A stretch of 64,000 bases of DNA from a bacterium (GCA_017538365.1 JAFYIZ010000047.1:10197-74196), one strand, 5' to 3'. Counted from the first letter of the stretch, positions 50,417 through 60,000 are shown. Notes: generated from the sequence alone by a model not told the origin. A program made the numbers and translations.

Positions 50417-52819
50417 ATGATTTTTTCGGCGGTTTTTCTTATATCGGCTGTGCTTTTCGCGCTGGAAGTACTGCAGACAAGGATATTTTCTTTTTCCTCG
50501 TGGCATCATATGACTTACATGGTTGTAGCTGTTGCTCTCATGGGATATGCCGCTGCCGGAACAGTTCTTGCCGTTAAAAAAGGCTTGAAAAATTATGAAA
50601 AATTTATCCATACGGCCTCAGTTTTATTAGTTTTTTCGATTCCGCTCGCTTTTTTTGCAACTTCAAGAGTTCCTCTTGACCCGATGATGTCGAACAAACT
50701 TTTTATGATGGCTTTTCTTTTGTTTGACTATGTTTTTTTGTTTATTCCGCATTTTTTCGGCGGTCTCATACTGCTTTCAGTTTTTCAAAATAACGGCAAA
50801 AACGTAAATATAAGTTACTTCTTTTCTGTTTCAGGTTCTGTTGCCGGCTGTTTTTCTGCGCTTCCTCTGCTTGAAGCAATAGGGATGGAAGGCGCTCTCG
50901 TTGCGATGACCTTTTGTTCCGCTCTTGCTTCGGTTTTCATTGCTTTTGCAGCCGGAAGAGGGATTTTCAGGAGAGTTTTTTCAGCAATTCTCATTGTGCT
51001 TGCAATAGTTTTGTTTCCTTTCAAAAACAGGGTTTTCGTCTTTACTCCGGTGCCTTCAAAAGCTCTCAATTCGCTTTTTGCAAACAGCGAAATGATAGAG
51101 TGGAACCGTGCCGGAAGAGTTGATGTCGCCGGAACAGACGGTCTTGTATTTCAGCATCAGTGGTCCGATCTTCGGAAAGGAGTTATAACTATTGACGGCG
51201 ATTCAGCATCGTTTTTTTACGATTTTTCCGATGAGCCGGAGCGACTTGTTCATTCGCTCTATTCTGCCGGATATTTCGGGCTTTATGCTCCGGATGTTTT
51301 TGTTGCAGGGCTTTCTGCAACCGATATTGCGGCAGCTCTTTTCTGGCAGGCAAAATCGGTTACATCCGTTGAGGTAAACAGTGCGGTTATTGATTTAGCT
51401 AAACGTAAATATGCGACTTTTAAAAACAATATCCTGCAAAATGAAAAAGTCGGAATCGTTCATGACGAAATACGTTCGTTTTTAGGAAAAACCGATAAAA
51501 AATACGACCTTATCCAGTTTTCAGGTACCGATACGGTATCTGCACTTTTGAACGGCGCCTACATAATGAACGAAAGCTATCTCTACACGAAAGAGGCTTT
51601 CAGAACTTATTTAGATCACTTGAATGACGAAGGAACGCTTGCAGTAGTCAGGTGGGTGCTCTGGCCGCCGAGAGAGACACTCCGGGTTGCCGTAACAGCT
51701 GCTTTATTGTTGAAGGAAGCGGGAATAGAGCATCCCGGAAACAACATCGTCATCATCGGAGACGGCGTTTTGGCCAGTGTTCTTGTGAAAAAACGTCCGT
51801 TTACCTGGATGGAACTGAATGATATTTCCGAAATCATTGCCGGAACAAAGGATCTCAGAATCATATATGCGCCAGGATTTTCAGTGGGAGCCGATTACTA
51901 CGATCCGATCGTGAGATTTGTTAATTTTTCGAGCGAACAGGCAAAAGAGTTCATAACGAGCGGTTTTTCTCATTTCTTTCAGTCGCTTGAAAACGGGAAA
52001 GAAGAAGCGTTTATTGAGGAATATCCCTATAATATCAGGCCTGTAAGCGATGATTCGCCGTTCTTTTTCAACTATTTCAAGTCGGAGGGCGAAAAACTGT
52101 CGAAAGAGGTGAGGATGGTTGCCGTGGATGACAGCGTATTCCAAATCGAGATGCTGATTATCACGTTTGTCCAACTGCTGTTTCTATCGCTTTCACTCTT
52201 TATTTCTCCGCTTTTTTTCATGTCAAAAGAGGAAAAGAAATATCTGCCGCTTGTTCAGATACTTGTTTTTGCAGCTTTAGGGTTTGGATTCATGTTTATT
52301 GAAATGACTTTTATACAGAATTTCACTCTGATTTTCGGCGATCCGGCGACTTCGGCTGCAACAGCCGTAGGAATACTGCTTCTTTTCTCGGCAATAGGTT
52401 CTCTTTTCAGTAAAAAAATATTGATTTCTCTTGGAGAAAAGTCATTCTTCAGTGTTCTTGCGGTAATTCTGCCGTTGATGATTCTGGGTTATGCTGTTCT
52501 TGTGCCGCATTTCTCGGCTTTCTGTGCAGGTTTCTCATTTGCTTTAAAACTTCTTTTTACCATACTTTTTATAGCACCTCTCGGGTTTATTACAGGAATT
52601 GTTTTTCCGGTTTCGCTGCTCCTCGTAGGAGAGAAAAAGCCTTCCTTTATTCCGCTGGCAATCGGTGCGAACGGAGCAGGATCGGTTCTTGCAACAGTGG
52701 CTTCTGTAATGATTGCAATGGCTTACGGTTTTAAATTCGTCTTCGTTCTTTCAGCTTTCTGCTACTTCTTCGCCCTTTCAGCAATGCTTTATTTCGTTAA
52801 AAAGAGGGTTCGGTTTTAA
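50417..52819 (+). CDS. Membrane protein with central spermidine-synthase-like SAM-dependent domain
   Basis: LEVLQTRIFS, many TM segments, SVEVN, YDLIQ, YLYTKEAF...HL...G, SDDSPFF. Confidence 0.82.
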   Translation: MIFSAVFLISAVLFALEVLQTRIFSFSSWHHMTYMVVAVALMGYAAAGTVLAVKKGLKNYEKFIHTASVLLVFSIPLAFFATSRVPLDPMMSNKLFMMAFLLFDYVFLFIPHFFGGLILLSVFQNNGKNVNISYFFSVSGSVAGCFSALPLLEAIGMEGALVAMTFCSALASVFIAFAAGRGIFRRVFSAILIVLAIVLFPFKNRVFVFTPVPSKALNSLFANSEMIEWNRAGRVDVAGTDGLVFQHQWSDLRKGVITIDGDSASFFYDFSDEPERLVHSLYSAGYFGLYAPDVFVAGLSATDIAAALFWQAKSVTSVEVNSAVIDLAKRKYATFKNNILQNEKVGIVHDEIRSFLGKTDKKYDLIQFSGTDTVSALLNGAYIMNESYLYTKEAFRTYLDHLNDEGTLAVVRWVLWPPRETLRVAVTAALLLKEAGIEHPGNNIVIIGDGVLASVLVKKRPFTWMELNDISEIIAGTKDLRIIYAPGFSVGADYYDPIVRFVNFSSEQAKEFITSGFSHFFQSLENGKEEAFIEEYPYNIRPVSDDSPFFFNYFKSEGEKLSKEVRMVAVDDSVFQIEMLIITFVQLLFLSLSLFISPLFFMSKEEKKYLPLVQILVFAALGFGFMFIEMTFIQNFTLIFGDPATSAATAVGILLLFSAIGSLFSKKILISLGEKSFFSVLAVILPLMILGYAVLVPHFSAFCAGFSFALKLLFTILFIAPLGFITGIVFPVSLLLVGEKKPSFIPLAIGANGAGSVLATVASVMIAMAYGFKFVFVLSAFCYFFALSAMLYFVKKRVRF

Positions 52820-52833
52820 TAAGAAAATTCGCT

Positions 52834-54747
52834 TTAATTTATCCAGTTTTTGACGTCGTTGAAGAATTTTTTTGGCTGATTTACAGAAACACTGTGGGAG
52901 CTTTCGGGATAGAAGGGGAAGGTTACTGTTGCCGATTCTCCGTCCTTGAAATGCACTGTAAATGACTCTTCGCCGGTTTCGACGCTTGAAACACTGTCGA
53001 ATTTTTTTGCAGCCTCCGGAGTTGCTTTCGCATAAAGGATAATATCTTCTTCCGCGTTGGTGATGAAAGTTTTGACGGTTCTTATGTTTTCAAGGAACAT
53101 TTCGCCGTTCACATTGCTGTATGGAGAAGTCGAAGCACTGTAAAATTTTGAATTTATTGTGTTATTTGTATCGACATAATATTCGTCATAGCTCGGAAGG
53201 GTTCCGAAAACGCTTTCCAGATTGCCGCTTGCAAGAGGATGGATGTTCCGCTGTCCGATCCGTGTTTTCATTATGATTCTGACGCTTTCGGGAAGATTTT
53301 GGAGTTCGCTAACGTCAGCGATGTTTCTGGAATATCCGTTTGCATTTTTGTATCTGAAAGCGCCGGTTCTGTTTGCTGCGTAAAGATCTTCTATCTTGGC
53401 CGGATCGTTCAGGATGAACTGCCCGAACATCGAGAACTGAAGTATTTTCGCAATGCCGTAATCGGTGTAATCGAAAAGCCAGTTGTATTCGTGGCGGTAA
53501 GCATAAATATCGCGTCCTGCATTCTGGACATAATTCAACGCGTTGCTGTGTTTGTCGCAATTGCCGCCCCACGAATTTCCGCATGCTTTAAACTGTTTTC
53601 CCGTTTCCTGCTGAATTTCGTAAAGCGGACTGCCGCTTTGTTCGAGAACTTCACCGACTGCATCCATCTGCTGCTGTCCCATGGCAAGCGGCTGAATCAT
53701 GATTTGCCCGCTGAACTGCTTTGCAACTTGCTCTTTCGAGGGCATTCCGCTTATAGTCGGGTCAATTTCGCGGAAGTGCTGCGCGATTTCTTCAAAAAGC
53801 GCGGCATCGTAGAAAGTTCTCTTTTTTCCAGCATAATCGGCGACATTGAGAAGAATATTTATTACAGCGGTGGTTCTTGTTCCGCCATAGCTTTCACCTG
53901 CAAGAATGACCTGATTCGACTTTATTTTCGGATGATTGTCGAGAAAGCGAAGAATCACGCGGATAAAGTCAGCAGCATCAACGAAAACATTGAAATTTGC
54001 GGTTGAAAAATAGTTCGAACGGCTGCGGCTGTTTGAGGGATCGTCAACGATGCCGTAGGAAAATCCCGTTTGTCTCGCATCAATGTAAAGAAGATTGCCC
54101 AGCTTGTTCCAGTTCCATTTGTTGTTGGCAACACCTTCTCCGGCAAACGCCTGATCCGCCGTTTTTTTGGAAGTGTTGTAGAGAAAAATAAGCGAAGAAG
54201 ATGAACCCGGACCGCCGTTGTAGAAAACGAAAAGAGGTTTTTCCTGCGGATTGGTATTCGCCGGCTGGAAGTAATACCACATTTTCGCTCTGCCGCTTTG
54301 GTTGTTTTTATTGCTGAGAGTATAGTTATTTTCTTCCAGATCGATGAAACCCGATTCATAGTCGAGGCCTTCGACGATTACAACAGGTTCGTCCTCTTCT
54401 TCAGGATCGTCATCACCTGTTTGTTCATCAGAATCTACGTCAGTTGCCGATGTGTCCGAAATATCGTCATCTGTTGTCGTGTCTCCGGAATCAGTTGAAT
54501 CGTTGTCATTCCCGGAATCTGACGAATCTCCGTCGTTGAAAGTGTCGGAGGAATCAGCATCGTTGTGCATGGTGTCGCCATCATTCACTGATGTTGTGTC
54601 GGTTTCGTCTGAATCATCAATGAAATCAGTGTCTTTGTCGTTGGATGCTTCATGATTCTTATCTGGATTGATAAGCTTCGATCCATTATCACACGAAATC
54701 ATAAAAAATGTGCATAAAAAGACGAAAACAACCAAAAATTTCTTCAT
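52834..54747 (-). CDS. Serine carboxypeptidase (S10-like) lipoprotein
   Basis: Lipobox MISC, acidic linker, NGGPGSSS, LLYID..TGFSY, GESYGG, C-terminal HSV. Confidence 0.85.
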   Translation of the reverse strand: MKKFLVVFVFLCTFFMISCDNGSKLINPDKNHEASNDKDTDFIDDSDETDTTSVNDGDTMHNDADSSDTFNDGDSSDSGNDNDSTDSGDTTTDDDISDTSATDVDSDEQTGDDDPEEEDEPVVIVEGLDYESGFIDLEENNYTLSNKNNQSGRAKMWYYFQPANTNPQEKPLFVFYNGGPGSSSSLIFLYNTSKKTADQAFAGEGVANNKWNWNKLGNLLYIDARQTGFSYGIVDDPSNSRSRSNYFSTANFNVFVDAADFIRVILRFLDNHPKIKSNQVILAGESYGGTRTTAVINILLNVADYAGKKRTFYDAALFEEIAQHFREIDPTISGMPSKEQVAKQFSGQIMIQPLAMGQQQMDAVGEVLEQSGSPLYEIQQETGKQFKACGNSWGGNCDKHSNALNYVQNAGRDIYAYRHEYNWLFDYTDYGIAKILQFSMFGQFILNDPAKIEDLYAANRTGAFRYKNANGYSRNIADVSELQNLPESVRIIMKTRIGQRNIHPLASGNLESVFGTLPSYDEYYVDTNNTINSKFYSASTSPYSNVNGEMFLENIRTVKTFITNAEEDIILYAKATPEAAKKFDSVSSVETGEESFTVHFKDGESATVTFPFYPESSHSVSVNQPKKFFNDVKNWIN

Positions 54748-54902
54748 TTTTTCACCTCGCCAATCAAAAAACTCACTATTTTAGGTTCTTAAAAAATATA
54801 ATCAATAAATCATTTTTTGAAATTTCCGCGTATTGACTTTGCGGAATCGGTTCCTATATATCCACGCGGTTTTTTTTTATTATGTTTTTTTCGGAGGAGA
54901 AA

Positions 54903-56852
54903 ATGGCTGAAAAAAGTTTCAAGGCCGAGACTCAGAAACTGCTTGACCTTATGATCAATTCTATTTACACGAACCGCGAGATTTTCTTGAGAGAGCTTAT
55001 TTCAAACGCGAGCGACGCGATAGACAAACTCAAATTCAAATCCCTCACCGAGCCCGATCTTTTGAAGGAATGCGGTGAGCCGGAGATCAGGATAACACCG
55101 GATAAAGAATTGAAAACACTGACTATAACTGATAACGGAATCGGTATGACATACAACGATGTAGTCGAAAACATCGGCACGATTGCACACAGCGGCTCGA
55201 AAGAGTTTTTCGAAAAAATGGCTGCCGAAAAAGGCGAGGGCGAAAAAAATGCAGCCGAGTTTATAGGGCAATTCGGTGTCGGTTTTTACAGCGCTTTCAT
55301 GGTCGCAGACAGAGTAAAGATCAGAACGAGAGCTGCGGGTGCGAAACCGTCAGAGGGCGTTGTCTGGGAATCGAAAGGCGACGGAGTCTACACGATTGAC
55401 AAGGCGAGCGTCGAAAAATGCGGGACCGAGATCACGCTTTACCTCAAAGACGATGCGGTAAAAGAGATGATGCTTCTCGACAGATACGAACTTGAAGAGC
55501 TCGTTTCGAAATACAGCGATTTCATCCGCTACCCGATCAAAATGACGGTCGAAAACGAGATCCCTGAAGAAAAAGACGCTGACGGCAAAGTCACGAAAGA
55601 AAAGGAAACTGTTCTCGAAGACAAGACTCTGAACTCGATGAAACCGCTCTGGAAAAGGGAAAAATCGGATGTTAAGGAAGATGAATACAAGGAATTTTAC
55701 AGACACACTTTCCATTCCTACGACGAACCGCTTGATGTGATCCAGGCGAAAGGTGAAGGTCAGGTCGAATACACCGCGCTTCTTTTCATCCCGTCCGAAA
55801 CGCCTTTCAACTTCTATTCTTCGCAGTTTGAAAGAGGCCTTGCGCTTTACAGCAAACAGGTCTTCATCATGGAAAAATGCAAAGACTTAGTTCCCGAATA
55901 CCTCGGTTTCGTAAAAGGTGTTGTCGACAGCCCCGATTTTTCGCTCAACATTTCGCGTGAGATGCTCCAGCACAGCAGCCAGCTCAAGATAATCTCGAAA
56001 AACCTTGAGAAAAAGATCCTTGCATCGCTCAAATACATGCTTGAAAACGACCGTGAGAAATACATGAAATTCTGGAAAGAGTTTGGCCGTGCCATGAAAG
56101 CGGGCGTTTACTCCGATTTCGGAGCGCACAAGGAAAAGCTGCAGGATCTTCTTCTTTTCGAATCGTCGAAAAGTGAAGGCATGACGACTTTGGGCGAATA
56201 TGTAAAAAGAATGCCGGAAGGACAGAAAGAGATCTACTACGCAGCAGGAAAAGACAAAGAATCTATTGCCGGAATACCGCAGATGGAAGCAGTTGCTGAA
56301 AAAGGCTACGAAGTTCTCTACTTCACCGATAAAATTGATGAATTCGCTTCTACAATGCTTGTAAGTTATCAGGAAAAACCGCTCAAAAACATTGCGGCTG
56401 AAGACCTGAATCTTGATACCGACGAAGAGAAAAAGGCGAAAGAAGAAAAACGCAAAGAGAAAGAGGAAGAGAGCAAATCCCTTCTTGAGACCATCAAAAA
56501 ATATCTGGGAAACGAGGTGAGCGAAGTGCGTCTTTCCTCGAGACTCAAAAACAGCGCAGTCTGCCTTGTCAGCGGCGCGGGACTCAGCCTCAACATGGAA
56601 CAGGTTCTGGCAGAAGCATCAATGTCGGCAATGCCTTCTCCTAAGGCAATGAAGATTTTGGAAATCAACCCTGACCACAAAATTTTTGAGAAAATGACCG
56701 AGATCTACAACGCAGATCCAGAGTCGCAGAAACTCAAAGATATGGCGGAAGTCCTTTACGATCAGGCTCTTCTTATCGAAGGGATCACTCCGAAAAATCC
56801 GGTCAAATTCGCAAACCAGATATCGGCTCTGCTTTCAGAAATTTCGTTGTAA
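54903..56852 (+). CDS. htpG: Chaperone HtpG (Hsp90)
   Basis: FLRELISNASDA, DNGIGM, GQFGVGFYSAF, LNISRE, LEINPDH. Confidence 0.98.
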   Translation: MAEKSFKAETQKLLDLMINSIYTNREIFLRELISNASDAIDKLKFKSLTEPDLLKECGEPEIRITPDKELKTLTITDNGIGMTYNDVVENIGTIAHSGSKEFFEKMAAEKGEGEKNAAEFIGQFGVGFYSAFMVADRVKIRTRAAGAKPSEGVVWESKGDGVYTIDKASVEKCGTEITLYLKDDAVKEMMLLDRYELEELVSKYSDFIRYPIKMTVENEIPEEKDADGKVTKEKETVLEDKTLNSMKPLWKREKSDVKEDEYKEFYRHTFHSYDEPLDVIQAKGEGQVEYTALLFIPSETPFNFYSSQFERGLALYSKQVFIMEKCKDLVPEYLGFVKGVVDSPDFSLNISREMLQHSSQLKIISKNLEKKILASLKYMLENDREKYMKFWKEFGRAMKAGVYSDFGAHKEKLQDLLLFESSKSEGMTTLGEYVKRMPEGQKEIYYAAGKDKESIAGIPQMEAVAEKGYEVLYFTDKIDEFASTMLVSYQEKPLKNIAAEDLNLDTDEEKKAKEEKRKEKEEESKSLLETIKKYLGNEVSEVRLSSRLKNSAVCLVSGAGLSLNMEQVLAEASMSAMPSPKAMKILEINPDHKIFEKMTEIYNADPESQKLKDMAEVLYDQALLIEGITPKNPVKFANQISALLSEISL

Positions 56853-56982
56853 ATTACTGACACGGTGTCGAAATAACTCTTCCGATCTGCAGAAAAGTAT
56901 TGAAAATCTTGATTTTTTTCCGATATTGCCTATAATATTACAGCTTTTTTAGAATTCGTGTTTATAAAATCGGAGGTTCAAA

Positions 56983-57201
56983 ATGATTGCAATAAGAGCT
57001 TATTATGACGGACATGCTTTTATTCCGCTTGAAAAAAGATTTTTTAAGGACAAACAGACAGCAATTATTGTAATTGATGAAGAAAAAATTACGGAGCAAA
57101 AGAAGTCGTGCAGGGGAATTGCTGCGGAATATGCGAATCCCACGCTTATCGAACAGGAAAATTCTATCGCAGCAATGGCATTTTCAGGAGTTGACGAATG
57201 A
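56983..57201 (+). CDS. Putative antitoxin
   Basis: 72 aa, AYYDG..FIP start, ATGA overlap with the downstream PIN gene. Confidence 0.7.
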   Translation: MIAIRAYYDGHAFIPLEKRFFKDKQTAIIVIDEEKITEQKKSCRGIAAEYANPTLIEQENSIAAMAFSGVDE

Positions 57202-57560
57202 CCGTAATAGATACAAATGTAATTCTCCGCTATTTGCTTAACGATATTCCCGAACAGGCAGACGAAGCTGCTAAAATTATTGGAAACGGAGCAATATCAT
57301 TCCCTGAAATTATTGCAGAAGTCGTATATGTGCTTGTCAAACTCTACTCTGTGCCGCGTGAAAAAATAAACGAGATTGTCTCTCCGGTTATCGATGAAAT
57401 TGAATTTGAAAATGCTGATGTTGTAAAAGCCGCTTTATACTATTATTCGCATACAAAATTCGACTTCGTTGACTCTCTTCTCCTTGCGCGAAAACAGATT
57501 TTGAATGAAGACATCTTTACATTCGACAAAAAACTTGCAGCTCGATTAAAAGAAATCTGA
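57198..57560 (+). CDS. PIN-domain (VapC-like) toxin
   Basis: IDTNVILRYL, AEVVYVL, DFVDSLL, TFDKKL. Confidence 0.9.
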   Translation: MTVIDTNVILRYLLNDIPEQADEAAKIIGNGAISFPEIIAEVVYVLVKLYSVPREKINEIVSPVIDEIEFENADVVKAALYYYSHTKFDFVDSLLLARKQILNEDIFTFDKKLAARLKEI

Positions 57561-57614
57561 AACCCGCTTACTTGAAAAAAAATCTGTAATTTGGCGGTTT
57601 TTTGTGGAGAGAAA

Positions 57615-58466
57615 ATGAAAAAAAATCTAATTATCTTTACAGTATTTACTGCGATGTTTTTCATGGTCGGCTGCCACAAATTGCAGTGGTCAAATCGTTC
57701 TCCAGAGGAAATGAACTGGCCGAAGGCGATAGAGTATTGCCGCAACTTGAATGAAGGCGGTCACAGCGACTGGAGACTGCCGGATATCGATGAGCTCAGG
57801 ACTCTTATCAAAAACTGTCCAAACACAGAACCGGGCGGAGAGTGCAAGTGGAGTGAAAAAAACGGCATTTTAGCCGAAAAACGATGTTTTCCGGTTGATA
57901 CCTCCTGCTTTTGTGAAGAAATAGAAAACAGCAAAGGCTATTACAGCAGACTGGGAGATGACGACTTGCTTTGGTCTTACTCTACGGATTCGTTTATGAC
58001 AATTAAAGCCTGGGGCGTATATTTCAGAAGAGGGGCTGTGGTAGAAAGCGATAAGTTGTCAAAACGTTACTATGTCCGTTGTGTGAGGGACGGTATCACT
58101 AAAAACTCTCAGGAGTCAGATCCGGCAGCTGATTTTGGCTTCAATCATCCAGTTATCATGGGCACTCTTACCAGGTCCAACATTGACGATACAGTCAGCA
58201 AGCATTTGCCGGATATCAGATCGTGTTATGAAAATGAACTTAAAAAGGATCCGAAACTTTCTGGAAGAATAGCTGTCAACTTCGTCATTTCTGCAACAGG
58301 TGGTGTAAAAAGTTCCAAAGTGCAGAGAACTTCGCTGGAAAACGAAGCTGTCGAAAGTTGTGTCGCAGATCAGATCGAAAAAATCCAATTTCCCACTCCT
58401 AAAGGCGGCGGTGTCGTTATCGTAACCTATCCGTTTGAATTCATGCCTGTTGCTAGCAGACGATAA
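57615..58466 (+). CDS. Lipoprotein: DUF1566 domain fused to an AgmX/PglI (TonB-C-like) C-terminal domain
   Basis: Lipobox MVGC; WRLPDIDELRTL...VRCVR then IRSCYENELKKDPKLSGRIAVNFVI...CV...FPTPKGGGVVIVTYPF. Confidence 0.85.
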   Translation: MKKNLIIFTVFTAMFFMVGCHKLQWSNRSPEEMNWPKAIEYCRNLNEGGHSDWRLPDIDELRTLIKNCPNTEPGGECKWSEKNGILAEKRCFPVDTSCFCEEIENSKGYYSRLGDDDLLWSYSTDSFMTIKAWGVYFRRGAVVESDKLSKRYYVRCVRDGITKNSQESDPAADFGFNHPVIMGTLTRSNIDDTVSKHLPDIRSCYENELKKDPKLSGRIAVNFVISATGGVKSSKVQRTSLENEAVESCVADQIEKIQFPTPKGGGVVIVTYPFEFMPVASRR

Positions 58467-58607
58467 TAATAATCTCATCACAGAATCCACGATTTATTTG
58501 AGAGATTTCAGGAAAAGTCTATTTGTCGAAGCCTGACACGCTGTCAAAATAAATAATCACAGAAAAATTATTTTAAAATTTTCAATAAAAACAGTTGATT
58601 ACGGCTT

Positions 58608-58661
58608 TTTTGCGTAAAATCGCAAAATTTTTTTAGCCGAAATTGCGTAAAATCGCAAAAT
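58608..58661. repeat. Two copies of palindromic TTGCGTAAAATCGCAAAAT, 33-bp period
   Basis: Exact 19-nt copies at 58610 and 58643. Confidence 0.8.
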
Positions 58662-58720
58662 CTTGGTTGTGTGATCCAAGAAAATTTGCTAAAACATAAG
58701 AACTTTTCTTATTCTTCGTC

Positions 58721-58749
58721 TTGACAGCAAACCCCCAAATCGGTAAGAT
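58721..58749 (+). promoter_or_regulatory. Sigma70 promoter of the AbrB-PIN operon
   Basis: TTGACA-17 nt-TAAGAT, overlapped and followed by GTAAG repeats. Confidence 0.7.
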
Positions 58750-58778
58750 TTAAAAGTAAGGAATGTAAGGAGGGTACC

Positions 58779-59027
58779 ATGGAACTTGCAAAAGTTACGT
58801 CAAAAGGTCAGGTCACGATTCCGCTTATGATAAGGAATCTGCTCCAGATCAAAACCGGAGACAAAATTTTCTTTGAAGAGAGCGACGGAAGAATCTATAT
58901 TACGAACGCTTCTTTAGTAACGCTTGCCAACATTCAGAATGAAATGAAGGGCGAAGCTAAGAAGGCTGGATTCGATTCTGAAGAAGATGTCGTCAACTAC
59001 ATCAAAGAGCTTCGCAAAAGCAAATGA
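58779..59027 (+). CDS. AbrB/MazE/SpoVT family antitoxin
   Basis: AKVTSKGQVTIP..IR..L.IKTGD. Confidence 0.92.
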   Translation: MELAKVTSKGQVTIPLMIRNLLQIKTGDKIFFEESDGRIYITNASLVTLANIQNEMKGEAKKAGFDSEEDVVNYIKELRKSK

Positions 59028-59437
59028 GAGTATTTGTTGACACAAACATTGTGATCTCGGCGATACTCTTTCCGGAAGGGAAGGTGGCCAGAGTTTTTTC
59101 GCACCTGCTTAAAAGGCATACAGTCATAATTTCTTCATATACGAAAGAAGAATGTGCCGAAGTGTTCCGCAAAAAATTTCCGGCAAAAACCGCCCTTCTT
59201 GATGAATTTTTCGAAGGCATCAACTACGAAGAATTTGAAACACCTGAAAATTTTGATGAAAAAGACTATCCCAAAATACAGGATATAAAGGATTTGCCGG
59301 TTCTGGTCTCTTCGATACTTTCTGATGCGGATATCCTGCTCACCGGCGACAAGGATTTTGACAGTATAAAAATCGACAAACCGCTGATTTTTTCACCGGC
59401 ACAATATTACGAATTGATTGATAGGAGGAACAAATGA
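59024..59437 (+). CDS. PIN-domain toxin (PIN_3-like)
   Basis: VFVDTNIVISA, DIKDLPVL, LLTGDKDF. Confidence 0.9.
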   Translation: MRVFVDTNIVISAILFPEGKVARVFSHLLKRHTVIISSYTKEECAEVFRKKFPAKTALLDEFFEGINYEEFETPENFDEKDYPKIQDIKDLPVLVSSILSDADILLTGDKDFDSIKIDKPLIFSPAQYYELIDRRNK

Positions 59438-60000
59438 AAGAAAAACTTAAAAAGGCTTTCGGCGAACTTCTTGCCGAAATGAAGGACAAGGCGCTTGCTG
59501 AAAAAGTGGTCGAAGTTTGGGCTGACTGCGCGAAAGAGGGCTGCTGGAAGAGCTACACCGAACTTACGAAGATCCCGTTTACACTTCTCACTCCGACTGA
59601 CGGTGTAAACCTGATCGAACACACGGTCGCGGTCACGAAAGGTGCATTGGGTATAGCCAAGGCGATGATCTCGACCTACAAAAAAGTTCCGTTTGAGATC
59701 AATCTCGACTGGGTCATCGCAGGCGGACTTCTCCACGATGTCGGCAAACTCATGGAGATAGAGAAAGTCGACGGCGCATACAGGAAAAGCTACGCCGGAA
59801 AGTGTGCGAGACACCCGATAAGCGGAGCGATAGCAGCTGCGAAACACGGACTTCCGCTTGAGATCCAGAACATCATCATCTGCCATGCGAAGGAAGGCGA
59901 GGGGAGACCTCAGAGAATTGAAGGTGTTTTCATCCATCAGGCCGATTTCGCAACATTCAATCCCGCTGTCATGAAAGAAAAAGGGCAGCTTATCCTCTAA
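59434..60000 (+). CDS. HD-domain phosphohydrolase
   Basis: LIEHT, LLHDVGK, RHPISG, H...HQAD. Confidence 0.88.
   Translation: MKEKLKKAFGELLAEMKDKALAEKVVEVWADCAKEGCWKSYTELTKIPFTLLTPTDGVNLIEHTVAVTKGALGIAKAMISTYKKVPFEINLDWVIAGGLLHDVGKLMEIEKVDGAYRKSYAGKCARHPISGAIAAAKHGLPLEIQNIIICHAKEGEGRPQRIEGVFIHQADFATFNPAVMKEKGQLIL

Noticed and set aside
53239-54006. 255-aa plus-strand ORF, and similar long ORFs at 4409, 22438, 60659, 62112 and 63088
   Set aside because: They overlap well-supported genes on the opposite strand and show no recognisable motifs
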